DNA of 59,383 nucleotides from an uncultured Mycoplasmatota bacterium (GTDB lineage Bacteria; Bacillota_I; Bacilli_A; RF39; UBA660): NCBI GenBank assembly GCA_900553835.1, contig USFF01000004.1, positions 1 to 59,383 of the forward strand, read 5' to 3'. Shown piece by piece: positions 46,177 to 54,837 of this stretch (position 1 is its first letter; each line of letters starts with the position of its first letter). The notes under the pieces were generated by a model. It saw only the letters and a program-made list of their open reading frames with translations, ran no database searches and was not told where the DNA came from. The position numbers and the translations under genes were made by a program.

Positions 46177-47505
46177 TTACTCTTTATTCTCAAGTGTTTT
46201 TATTTCATCTACTTCTACTTTTTTATTTTTCTTTTTTCTTTTGTTTTTTTTGACACTTGAAATTAGAAGTATTAGTACTAATACTAATGTTTCTGATGCT
46301 AACACTATTATTATTAGTAAGTAATTATCTATTTTTTTATTTAAGTCATTTAATATGTTTTCATTATATTTAGCAAGAGCATTGTTTATAGCATCATAGT
46401 AGTATAATTCTTCTTTTCCTGTTTCAATGTTTACTCCATATAGAATAAAGAATTCGTTATTATCTTTATATTTATATGCATTTACTTTGTTTCCATTTAT
46501 TTCTATTTCTTCTTTAGTAAAACCTTTTATTTCATTGTCACTATTTATTGGAAATAAAACTATTCCACTAGTTTTTATTTCAGTATATTTTGTGTATTTA
46601 CCATCTTTATATATGTATAGTGCAGCTTCTCCGTTTTCATTTTTTAGTCCTACTAATGTGAAATTTGTTATTGTGCTTGTGAAAGATGGTACATCTATTC
46701 CCTCGATGTTTGTAGTACTAGCTTCATATGTTTCTGGTATAGTTAATGCGCTGACTCTTTTTATTATGGTGTATTTTTGGTTATTTATTAATACTTCTAT
46801 TGGATTTTTATCTTCTACATTAACCACTAGAGTATAGGTTTTAACTCCGCCATTTTGCGCGGTTACTTTTATTTCAAATTTATTTTCACCTTCAGTTACT
46901 TCTTTTTCTCCAAGTCCACTTACTGATGATTTAGAGTCTTCCACACTTCCTGTTATGTTTATTTTTTCAGTTGTAGAAGGTACACTTGCTGTATAACTTA
47001 ATGTTTCTTTGTTAAATGGTTCGTTTAGTGAAAAGCCTTCTACTCCAAGTGAACTTAAGTTATTATTTTTACTGTAACTTGCTTCCAATTCTGCTTGTGT
47101 TATAGCAGTTATTTTTACACTGTTAATTGTTAGTGCTAGTTTACTTTCATCAAAAGCAAGAGCATCATAACTTTTTACGGAAACTGTACTAGTACCTCTT
47201 GATATAACTTTAAATTTGTATGAATAGCTTTGTGATTTAGTACTTGAATTTGGCGCATACCCTACTACATTTGTTGTACCACTTATGAGTTTTAGTTTGC
47301 TTGAATCATAGGATAGTGTGTATTCCCAAGAACCAAGTGATGCGTTTGATGAAAGTCTTATTGTTATATTTATTTCACTTCCTACAACCGCAGAAGTTTT
47401 ACTAGATGAAACTGATATAGTCCCACTAGCGGCATTTAATTCTTTTGGAGTTACTATAATTAATGCTAATAATATTATTCCAAAAATCTTTTTTATTCTT
47501 TTCAT
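46177..47505 (-). CDS. Membrane-anchored cohesin-like protein with a cadherin-like beta-sandwich domain
   Basis: Signal peptide, then a module of about 110 aa, ISVSSSKTSAVVGSEINITIRLSSNASLGSWEYTLSYDSSKLKLISG (cohesin-like pattern). Next comes LSSLGVEGFSLNEPFNKETLSYTASVP...KVTAQNGGVKTYTLVVNV (cadherin-like), then a C-terminal TM segment and a polybasic tail. Confidence 0.6.
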   Translation of the reverse strand: MKRIKKIFGIILLALIIVTPKELNAASGTISVSSSKTSAVVGSEINITIRLSSNASLGSWEYTLSYDSSKLKLISGTTNVVGYAPNSSTKSQSYSYKFKVISRGTSTVSVKSYDALAFDESKLALTINSVKITAITQAELEASYSKNNNLSSLGVEGFSLNEPFNKETLSYTASVPSTTEKINITGSVEDSKSSVSGLGEKEVTEGENKFEIKVTAQNGGVKTYTLVVNVEDKNPIEVLINNQKYTIIKRVSALTIPETYEASTTNIEGIDVPSFTSTITNFTLVGLKNENGEAALYIYKDGKYTKYTEIKTSGIVLFPINSDNEIKGFTKEEIEINGNKVNAYKYKDNNEFFILYGVNIETGKEELYYYDAINNALAKYNENILNDLNKKIDNYLLIIIVLASETLVLVLILLISSVKKNKRKKKNKKVEVDEIKTLENKE

Positions 47506-47514
47506 TTTTCCCTC

Positions 47515-49809
47515 CTAAAATGTTATTATTTTAAGTATGTATTTTTGAATTCTAAGTAAGTCTAATATCGTTACTTCATTATCATCACTTGTATCCCCGG
47601 CTACTAAGTATTCATCTGTTAATAGTGATGCTTTAAGTAAATGCTTTTGTACTTTTAATAAGTCTAGAATTGTTATTTCACCATCCCCACTTACATCTCC
47701 TTTTATTGCCAAAGAAAATGTTTCTGTTTCTCCTGATGGTGTTGTTATTTTAAGTTCTTGTCCAGTTTTAAGTATTCCGGTTAAGCTTGCTGCAGAAGAA
47801 TTTGCTTCATTTAGAGTTATAGTTGTTCCTGGACTTAATTTATTAATGCTAGATGTTAGTGTAGTGCCTAGAGTACCTGCACTTATTCCATAGAGTATAT
47901 TCCCATTTCTTTTTACAGCTAAATTGTTTATGATTTCTTCAATTGTTGTAGTATCTTCCACTTTGAAAAGTGTCATTTTGTAAGTTCTAGTACTACCATC
48001 TTCTGCAGTTACTTTTAACTCGATTAGTTTTTCGTTTTCTTCAAATGTTATTTTACCTGCACCTTCTACTTTACTAGTACTATCTGTTAAGTTAACTACA
48101 ACATTATATTCTTTATCATTTTTATCTACGTATGCAGTAAATTCTAATAAATCTTTATCAAAGTTTGATACTTTTTTTCCATTAATTGTTATTCCTTCAA
48201 TAGTGTTTATAGAACTTGCTATGTTAGGAAGACTTACTACCTTTGGCATTTCTTTAAAGACAGGTATTTCAAATGTGTATGCTTCATTAAGTAAACCCAT
48301 GTCTTTGTATGATGCATATGAGTCTGCTGCATCACTACATGGCGCTAAAACATTGGTTTGATAGGCATGTGTATAAAGTGAGTTTTTACTTTCTGGGTTT
48401 ACATTATATCTTTGAAGGTACATGCTAAATTGTCCGACTGAAATAAATCTTTCTGCTATGTACTGTGCTCCGCCTTTTATTGCTTTTTCCCTTGTATCCC
48501 AAGGTCTACCATATGTATCAGAATTTCCACATTTTGATCCACAAGCATAAAGTAAGCCGTTTTTTACTGGACTATTATATATGTCATTGGGTTTGAATGC
48601 CCCTAAATAAGCACTTATATTGTAGTAGTTATATAAACCATTAATATTAAAGTTTCCATATAAGTCAGGATTATTTCCTGATACAGCAGTATATTTTTCA
48701 TTAGCTGCACCTTCTCCTTTGCTTCTTGTTGTTAAGTGTACTGGGCTAACATTATGAGTAAATCCTGCTTCTATAAAATATCTTTTATATTCATCAATAT
48801 TTAAGTATGAACCATTAAGAACTGAAGAAATTGTATTTAAGTATTTTTGTGCAGTAGGACTATTTATATCTAAAACTTCTTTACTACCTTCTCCATAGTC
48901 ATATCTTAAGCTTTCAAACATAAACACAAATTTTTCTGTTAAAAAGTTTCTTGGATCTAAATAGAAAGCTACTATACTAGATTTGACTGGATACCAGTTT
49001 ACCCCATCAATGTTATCTACTAGACTTGTTAAATAATATTTATAATTCTTATAGGCTGGTGATATTTCTCCGCTTGTTTTCCCTAAATATAAAAGTGCTG
49101 TTTTACCATCAAAACCATCTAATACTTGGTTCCAATACAAATTTGTTATTAATGGTTTAAATTCCCATGATGGATGATCTTTATGTAGCTTTACTAAGTA
49201 TGGAATGTAGTCATCTGGAAAACCTAAGTTTTTTAGATATGTTTCATAGTCCGTATCGCTTGCTGTAATATCTTCTTTTTTTACTACAAATTTAGAACAC
49301 ACATAACCTTCATCATTTTTATAATAATTTATTTTGTAGTAACCTTCATCACATCCACTTCCATTTATTAACCCACTTGTTATTTTTATGTTTGTACCTG
49401 GAAGTAATACATCTTTTATAGTTCCTCCAGCACTAGCTGTGCTTTTTACATATATGTTAACTCCATTTATCCTAGCTTCATATACTTCTTCATTATATGA
49501 AGGTTCTTCTATACCTGGTGTGTCACCAATTGAAACATATTTTCCACATATGTAACTTTCTTTATCATTATAAATTATTTTATACCATCCAACCGAACAA
49601 TTACTATCTCCTACATTATATAATTCATCTGATACTAAATTTATTGTTGTGTTTTTATTATGTATTATACCAGTTTCACTATAGTCTACTCCTGGGCCGG
49701 TTCTTACTTTAACTGTTGTTCCTACTGTATAGCCATTTAAGGCATTAAGTCTTGCTATAGTTAATATATTAAAAACAATTATTAGTAAAATTATAAGTTT
49801 ATTTTTCAT
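47515..49809 (-). CDS. Secreted peptidoglycan hydrolase: 2 x SH3b + GH73-like N-acetylglucosaminidase + cadherin-like domain + C-terminal dockerin
   Basis: Two SH3b-like repeats (GYTVGTTVKVRTGPG..., ARINGVNIYVKSTAS...). Glucosaminidase-like core (AFYLDPRNFL..., RSKGEGA, GGAQYIAERFISVGQFSMYLQRYNV). Duplicated Ca-binding segments GDVSGDGEITILDLLKVQKHLL and GDTSDDNEVTILDLLRIQKYIL. Confidence 0.7.
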   Translation of the reverse strand: MKNKLIILLIIVFNILTIARLNALNGYTVGTTVKVRTGPGVDYSETGIIHNKNTTINLVSDELYNVGDSNCSVGWYKIIYNDKESYICGKYVSIGDTPGIEEPSYNEEVYEARINGVNIYVKSTASAGGTIKDVLLPGTNIKITSGLINGSGCDEGYYKINYYKNDEGYVCSKFVVKKEDITASDTDYETYLKNLGFPDDYIPYLVKLHKDHPSWEFKPLITNLYWNQVLDGFDGKTALLYLGKTSGEISPAYKNYKYYLTSLVDNIDGVNWYPVKSSIVAFYLDPRNFLTEKFVFMFESLRYDYGEGSKEVLDINSPTAQKYLNTISSVLNGSYLNIDEYKRYFIEAGFTHNVSPVHLTTRSKGEGAANEKYTAVSGNNPDLYGNFNINGLYNYYNISAYLGAFKPNDIYNSPVKNGLLYACGSKCGNSDTYGRPWDTREKAIKGGAQYIAERFISVGQFSMYLQRYNVNPESKNSLYTHAYQTNVLAPCSDAADSYASYKDMGLLNEAYTFEIPVFKEMPKVVSLPNIASSINTIEGITINGKKVSNFDKDLLEFTAYVDKNDKEYNVVVNLTDSTSKVEGAGKITFEENEKLIELKVTAEDGSTRTYKMTLFKVEDTTTIEEIINNLAVKRNGNILYGISAGTLGTTLTSSINKLSPGTTITLNEANSSAASLTGILKTGQELKITTPSGETETFSLAIKGDVSGDGEITILDLLKVQKHLLKASLLTDEYLVAGDTSDDNEVTILDLLRIQKYILKIITF

Positions 49810-49923
49810 TAATGCCTCCCTACTATATATTCTAACATTATATATTATAACATTAAATATGTGTATTTTGGTAATAAACTTATTATTTTTTTATTTTTTT
49901 ACATAAAAAGGTGCTTTTAGCAC

Positions 49924-50874
49924 CTAATTCTTTTCTAAGTAACTTGCCATGTGTCTTCCCCATAGAAAGAAGAAGAAACTTCTTGGATGTATTCCATCTG
50001 TTGAAAATGGTTTTTCGTTAGCATAAATTAAAGACTCATTTTCTATAAAATCAATATTTAATTCTTTAGCAAGTTTTTTTAAAGCTTCATTAAATTCTTT
50101 TTGATAAGTAAATGCTTTGTCTTTTTCTATTGCTTTTTCTGCAACTGGTAAAACTGAATTAATTATTATTTTTGTACTAGGAAGTTCTTTTCTTATGTTT
50201 TCTATTTGATTTCTATAACTTTCTATAAATTTATCTGTTTTACCATTCCACCATTTTAAATCATTTGCACTGTAACTCATGAAGAGGTATGTTGGATTAA
50301 AAGCTTTTACTTTGTCCATATCTAAGTTCATGTTATCTACTCTTCTACCACGGTGCCATACTACATTTTCTTCGTTTAAAACTCCGTATGCACTTAAACC
50401 TTCCCCCATTGAGTCTGATACAACCATTGCATGTTTTTCAGAAAATATTCTTTTTGCATCAGCATTTGTTATGTGATCAAATGGATATTTATCTTTTTTA
50501 TCACCATTATTCTCATCATTGTTTTTTATTTCTTCATCGGGTTTTACTTCTTCTATTTTTTTCCATTTAGCTGTTAGAGTTAATTTTTTAGTTATTTTAT
50601 TTTCAAAGTTGAATTCTTTTTCCCCTAGATACCAGCCAACAAATTCATAACCTTCTCTAGTCGAATCTGCTGGATAATATGCTTTTTCTCCATATTTAAC
50701 TTTTTCTTCTTTTACATTTGTTCCTCCAAGAGTATCAAATGTTATTGTAAAATGTTTACTTGTTTTTATTTTATGGCAAGTTAAGATAATTAAGAATATT
50801 AAAATTAAAACTAATACTATTAGCTTCATTAAATTTTTTATAATTAATTTCTTTTTCTTTCTTCTTTTTCTCAT
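49924..50874 (-). CDS. Membrane-anchored SGNH/GDSL hydrolase with a Listeria-Bacteroides (Flg_new) repeat domain; PatB-like O-acyl transferase or esterase candidate
   Basis: The start is placed at the ATG (MRKRRKKKK) after AGGGAA. The track start TTG at 50907 has no RBS. Motifs: a TM anchor, ITFDTLGGTNV...EGYEFVGWY...LTLTAKW, and SGNH blocks VVSDSMGEG, SANDLKW and TDGIHP. Confidence 0.65.
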   Translation of the reverse strand: MRKRRKKKKLIIKNLMKLIVLVLILIFLIILTCHKIKTSKHFTITFDTLGGTNVKEEKVKYGEKAYYPADSTREGYEFVGWYLGEKEFNFENKITKKLTLTAKWKKIEEVKPDEEIKNNDENNGDKKDKYPFDHITNADAKRIFSEKHAMVVSDSMGEGLSAYGVLNEENVVWHRGRRVDNMNLDMDKVKAFNPTYLFMSYSANDLKWWNGKTDKFIESYRNQIENIRKELPSTKIIINSVLPVAEKAIEKDKAFTYQKEFNEALKKLAKELNIDFIENESLIYANEKPFSTDGIHPRSFFFFLWGRHMASYLEKN

Positions 50875-50910
50875 AACTACCATTTCCCTATTACAAGTAT
50901 ATGTCAAGTT

Positions 50911-50956
50911 AAAGAAAAAATCAAGAAGATTAATCTTAATTTTACATCTTCTTGAT
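50911..50956 (-). terminator. Intrinsic terminator or attenuator hairpin immediately upstream of the SGNH gene
   Basis: An 11 bp stem atcaagaagat/atcttcttgat (50920-50930 and 50946-50956) has a 15 nt loop. It is followed on the minus strand by UUUUUUCUUU, encoded by the A-run at 50911-50920. Confidence 0.5.
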
Positions 50957-50988
50957 TTTAATATATTCGTATGTTATATTAACTAACA

Positions 50989-51054
50989 AGGAACAGGATT
51001 GTTCGGGTGCCTGCCAACCTAACCAGGGGCTTTTGGCTGAAGGAAAGGATGGCG
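50989..51054. ncRNA. GC-rich structured element of unknown class: a cis-regulatory leader on the minus strand or a small RNA on the plus strand
   Basis: I count 32 G+C in the 54 nt at 51001-51054 (about 59%) against a very AT-rich background. Local helices are gaaca-GGAU-uguuc and gccaa...uuggc. The element sits between the hairpins at 50920-50956 and 51151-51180. A plus-strand sigma-A-like promoter lies at 50952-50980. Confidence 0.35.
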
Positions 51055-51150
51055 ATAAAAGTATAAGTAAAAGGAAATTCATTATAAAAGTGCTTAACCG
51101 TACAATTATCATTTTGTTAGTAGTAGGTTTAATTCTATTCATTAATAAAT

Positions 51151-51180
51151 TAAGCATCTATCCATTAGGATAAATGCTTA
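51151..51180. terminator. 13 bp hairpin after the lipoprotein gene (possibly a bidirectional terminator)
   Basis: taagcatctatcc (51151-51163), loop atta, ggataaatgctta (51168-51180), with one G-U pair. Weak T-rich tracts flank it on both strands. Confidence 0.45.
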
Positions 51181-51205
51181 CATGTTTTTAGTGTGTTGTG
51201 CTTTT

Positions 51206-51679
51206 TTATTTAGAAGTACCCAAGTTTAAGAAGTTGTCTTTTATTTTGGATGCTACTTCGTTATCCATAACAAGTAAGACTAGATCTCCTTTACTTTCTA
51301 CGAGTACATTTTTATCTTCCACACTAACACATATCCATTTTGCTGGATCTACTTTTTCTTTTATTTCTTTTTTTGCTTTTTCTGCATCGTTACTACTATT
51401 TAATCTTACTAGTACGACTGAATGCGCTACTGAGGACATCAAAGGTTCTGAAGCTAAAGCTTCTTTGTATTCAAAAGTTACATCCCCTAGATAATAACTT
51501 TGATTTTTTTTGGTTACTTTTGTTTGCTCTAACTCTAGGACATCCTCTTCATTTATTCCCTTATATAATTCTTTCATTATATCTGTTAATTTCCCGTCTA
51601 AATTAGTTTCTTTTTTTGTACAACCTACTATTATGAATACTATAAATGTTAGTAGTGTTAATTTAAATATTTTTTTCAT
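51206..51679 (-). CDS. Putative lipoprotein, function unknown
   Basis: Signal peptide with the lipobox IIVGC (MKKIFKLTLLTFIVFIIVGCTKK); 157 aa. It lies directly downstream of the DHHW gene. Confidence 0.6.
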   Translation of the reverse strand: MKKIFKLTLLTFIVFIIVGCTKKETNLDGKLTDIMKELYKGINEEDVLELEQTKVTKKNQSYYLGDVTFEYKEALASEPLMSSVAHSVVLVRLNSSNDAEKAKKEIKEKVDPAKWICVSVEDKNVLVESKGDLVLLVMDNEVASKIKDNFLNLGTSK

Positions 51680-51690
51680 TTTTACCTCCT

Positions 51691-52779
51691 TTATTTTAAT
51701 GAAAAACTATTATTTATAATTGGAATGCTATACATAAATAATATATCTTTATTATTAAAATCTAATAATTCTATGTTTTTAAGTAATTTTGAATTTATGT
51801 ATCTTAAATCTATTAGTGTTATTTTAGAATAATTTTCTATTAATAATGGCGCTAGCGAACTTGCAAATGAGTCTCTGAATATTATTAATTCTTTTTTAGA
51901 TTGATTATTTGGATTATTAATAATTAGAAGTGGACTTGCACCGCTTAAATAGATATCGTATTTATCAATATTATTTAAATAGTTTTCATTATATACTTTT
52001 TCATAAGTTTTCTTTTCATAATTATAAACTTCTGCACTATTAATTATATCATTAGTTAGGTAATTAATTTTATCATTTTTTATATTTGACACAGTTCTGC
52101 TGTAAAGTGCACCATAAAATGGAGCGTATTCTTTTTTTATATTTGGGAAAGCACTTTTATTTAGGTTCATTTCATTTTCTATTTTTCTGACTACTTTTTC
52201 TAGGTTTTCTTGTTTCCAGTGTATATCTGTTTTATAGTATGAATCGATATTTAATTCATTTGTTATGTCTATGTAGTTAAAGTAATTTAATTTGTTTTTT
52301 AAATAATTTATAAATTCATTATAATTAATTTTTGGCATTAGTTTGTCATTTATGTAATAATTTTTGTCTGGAATAATCATAAAGTATAAGTTATTATTTT
52401 CTTTTATGTATTCGTTATTTATATAATTTATTTTGTTTATAAAGTGATCAAGTGAATCATAATTGATATTTGATTTTACTTCAACTAAATGATTGTTCGT
52501 TATGTATACATTGTTGTTTTCTTTTTTTAGTAATATGTTATTAGAAACTATTCCTTTTATTTTCCTAAAGTTTTCTCTTAATGGAAATTGATCTAGTAAG
52601 TATGTATCTATTTTAGAAGAATATTCTCCATTTAATAGGTTATCTTTTTCTAATTTAGGAAAGGATGCTAAAGTACGTCTTTCTTCTGTACTTATTAACT
52701 TATCTTTAGTAAGTATTCCTAGAAAAGAGAAAGTTAGTAGTGTTAAGTAAAATAGTCCTATTGTTATTTTTTCTTTCAT
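51691..52779 (-). CDS. DHHW-family protein (accessory partner of MBOAT O-acyltransferases)
   Basis: N-terminal TM anchor, YYKTDIHWKQ (the D-x-HW motif that names the family) and FRDSFASSLAP; 362 aa. It sits immediately after the MBOAT gene. Confidence 0.65.
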   Translation of the reverse strand: MKEKITIGLFYLTLLTFSFLGILTKDKLISTEERRTLASFPKLEKDNLLNGEYSSKIDTYLLDQFPLRENFRKIKGIVSNNILLKKENNNVYITNNHLVEVKSNINYDSLDHFINKINYINNEYIKENNNLYFMIIPDKNYYINDKLMPKINYNEFINYLKNKLNYFNYIDITNELNIDSYYKTDIHWKQENLEKVVRKIENEMNLNKSAFPNIKKEYAPFYGALYSRTVSNIKNDKINYLTNDIINSAEVYNYEKKTYEKVYNENYLNNIDKYDIYLSGASPLLIINNPNNQSKKELIIFRDSFASSLAPLLIENYSKITLIDLRYINSKLLKNIELLDFNNKDILFMYSIPIINNSFSLK

Positions 52780-52788
52780 GATAACCTC

Positions 52789-54165
52789 CTAAAACCTAAA
52801 ATATAAGAATGGATTAAATGACTCATCTATTATGAATGCGGTTGATACTAATAAGAGAACTATTAGTAGTAGTGGCTCCATTAAATTTATTATTTTATTG
52901 TTTTTTAGTTTGTTTATTATTTTGTTAAATACTTTTAGTGATATTAAGTATCCAAGTACTAATACTACTATATAGTTTTTAATGTAATAAATTGTTTCTA
53001 AGTTTATAAAATCAATATGATTTAGACCAAACATAGATTTTAAAGATATTAAAGCATCTTTTAAACCTTCATTATAGAAGAATACGAAACCTATTATTAC
53101 TAATATATTAGTTAGTAAAGTTCCTATGAGTTTATGTTTATTTAAATAGTTATAAAAGAATTTTTTTTCTATAAGCAAGATTATTCCAAAATATAACCCC
53201 CATATTATGAAGTTATAACTTGCTCCATGCCATAATCCTGTTAGAGACCATACTATCATTATGTTAAATAGTCTTCTTAGTTTGTTTACTCGGCTGCCTC
53301 CTAGTGGTATGTAGACATAATCTTTAAAGAAACTTGATAGTGATATATGCCATTTTCTCCAAAATTCTGTCATCGTTTTTGAAGTAAATGGATAGTCAAA
53401 GTTTTCAAGTATAGTAAAGCCAAATATTAAGCCTAAGCCTATAGCCATATCAGAGTATCCTGAGAAATCAATATAAAGTCTTAGTATATCTGTTATAGCT
53501 TTTAACCAACATGATACAACACTTTTAGTTTCTAATAAAGTTAAACTATTTACCAATCCTCCAAGCACATTTGCTATTAATACTTTTTTAGATAGTCCAA
53601 TTATAAACCTTCTTATTCCTTTGGATATCATTTCTTTGGTACTTGTTCTGTTAACTAATTGTTTTTCTATTGTTTCATATCTTACAATAGGACCTTCTAA
53701 AGTTGAGAAGAATAGAGATATGTATACTAAGTAATTTAATAAGTTATTGCTAGGTTTTACTTTTTTATTATATACATCTATTAAGTAACTTAAGTTTTTA
53801 AATGTATAGAAACTTATTCCGAGTGGGATTATTACATTTATATAGTTAATATTAGAATTAAATATGTTATTTATGTTTTCTAATAAAAAATTAAAGTATT
53901 TAAAGTAGAAAAGTAATCCTAAGTTTAATGTTAAACCTAATATTAAATATATTTTTTTGTTTTTTGAAACTAGTTTTTTACCTATAAAGTAGTTAATTAT
54001 TCCTGATAGTAAAAGTATTATTATATATTTTGGTTCTCCATAAAAATAGAATAATAAACTTCCAATTAACAATATTATATTTTTATACTTTGTTTTTGAT
54101 ATAAAATATATAAAAAGCATTATTGGTAAAAAGTAGTATAAAAATGTTACGCCTGAAAATACCAT
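52789..54165 (-). CDS. MBOAT-family membrane O-acyltransferase (AlgI/DltB/PatA-like)
   Basis: WRKWHISLSSFFKDYVYIPLGGSR and WSLTGLWHGASYNFIIWG (conserved His block); 458 aa and polytopic. Confidence 0.85.
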   Translation of the reverse strand: MVFSGVTFLYYFLPIMLFIYFISKTKYKNIILLIGSLLFYFYGEPKYIIILLLSGIINYFIGKKLVSKNKKIYLILGLTLNLGLLFYFKYFNFLLENINNIFNSNINYINVIIPLGISFYTFKNLSYLIDVYNKKVKPSNNLLNYLVYISLFFSTLEGPIVRYETIEKQLVNRTSTKEMISKGIRRFIIGLSKKVLIANVLGGLVNSLTLLETKSVVSCWLKAITDILRLYIDFSGYSDMAIGLGLIFGFTILENFDYPFTSKTMTEFWRKWHISLSSFFKDYVYIPLGGSRVNKLRRLFNIMIVWSLTGLWHGASYNFIIWGLYFGIILLIEKKFFYNYLNKHKLIGTLLTNILVIIGFVFFYNEGLKDALISLKSMFGLNHIDFINLETIYYIKNYIVVLVLGYLISLKVFNKIINKLKNNKIINLMEPLLLIVLLLVSTAFIIDESFNPFLYFRF

Positions 54166-54267
54166 GTTACCCTCCTAATATATTTTAATTATAACATACC
54201 TTTAAGTAATTTGATATAACTAATTTACTTCAAAAGGGAAAAACTTAAGAAACTATTTATTCTTAAG

Positions 54268-54837
54268 TTAGTCCATTAGTTTTGATATTTCATTATATAG
54301 TATTTTGTTTGCTTCTTCTATGGACAAGTTATTTATATTAAATGGTTCACCTATTTTAACTATTAAATTTTTACTCCTAAATTTATAGTCTCCCTTTATA
54401 CCAAAAGGGACTAACAAAGAATTTGTTTTTTTGGCCATTGATACTGCTCCATATTTAAATGGTAATAATTTTTCCTTTGTTTTGTTTCTTGTTCCTTCTG
54501 GAAATAATCCTAAGGCTTTACCACTATGTAGAACTTCTAAAGCTTTTGACGAAGCATTATCATCTTTTTTTGATCTATCTACTGGTATTGCATGTACCGA
54601 AGTAAAGAATATTCTAGTTAATGGATTATCAAAGTACTCTTTTTTTGCCATGTAATATATTACTCTTTTTGTTGAAATAATTATGTTACATTGATCCATT
54701 AAGTGTTTATGATTTCCTACAATTATTATGCTTCCTTCTTTAGGAATGTTTTCTTTTCCTATTATTTTTGGATTATAGTAAAATTTATATAAAGGTGTTA
54801 ATAAAAATTTTAATATTTTATATGCAATGTTATTCAC
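54268..54837 (-). CDS. 1-acyl-sn-glycerol-3-phosphate acyltransferase family protein
   Basis: H-x4-D block VGNHKHLMD, block III FPEGTRNK and PVDR; 189 aa. Confidence 0.8.
   Translation of the reverse strand: MNNIAYKILKFLLTPLYKFYYNPKIIGKENIPKEGSIIIVGNHKHLMDQCNIIISTKRVIYYMAKKEYFDNPLTRIFFTSVHAIPVDRSKKDDNASSKALEVLHSGKALGLFPEGTRNKTKEKLLPFKYGAVSMAKKTNSLLVPFGIKGDYKFRSKNLIVKIGEPFNINNLSIEEANKILYNEISKLMD

Noticed and set aside
50989-51054. Assigning the GC-rich element to a known RNA family (SRP RNA, RNase P, 6S, T-box, or the c-di-AMP/ydaO, ykkC/guanidine, M-box, glutamine, fluoride, SAM, TPP or glycine riboswitches).
   Set aside because: I compared both strands with the consensus cores I remember, such as GGAAGCAGC for SRP, GGUGGUACCGCG for the T-box and CAGCUAACCUCGUA for ydaO. 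Only short chance resemblances turned up, such as GUUAGGU with the M-box and AAAAGCCC with ykkC, and the other required elements were absent. A covariance-model scan is needed.
50942-51173. The mutually overlapping ORFs 50942..51157 (-) and 50952..51173 (+) as ordinary protein-coding genes.
   Set aside because: They overlap each other across the GC-rich island. Neither full-length ORF has an RBS at its annotated start, and their open frames are most simply a by-product of the GC-rich segment. Only the short C-terminal hydrophobic peptide of the plus frame is kept, as a low-probability alternative in the finding.
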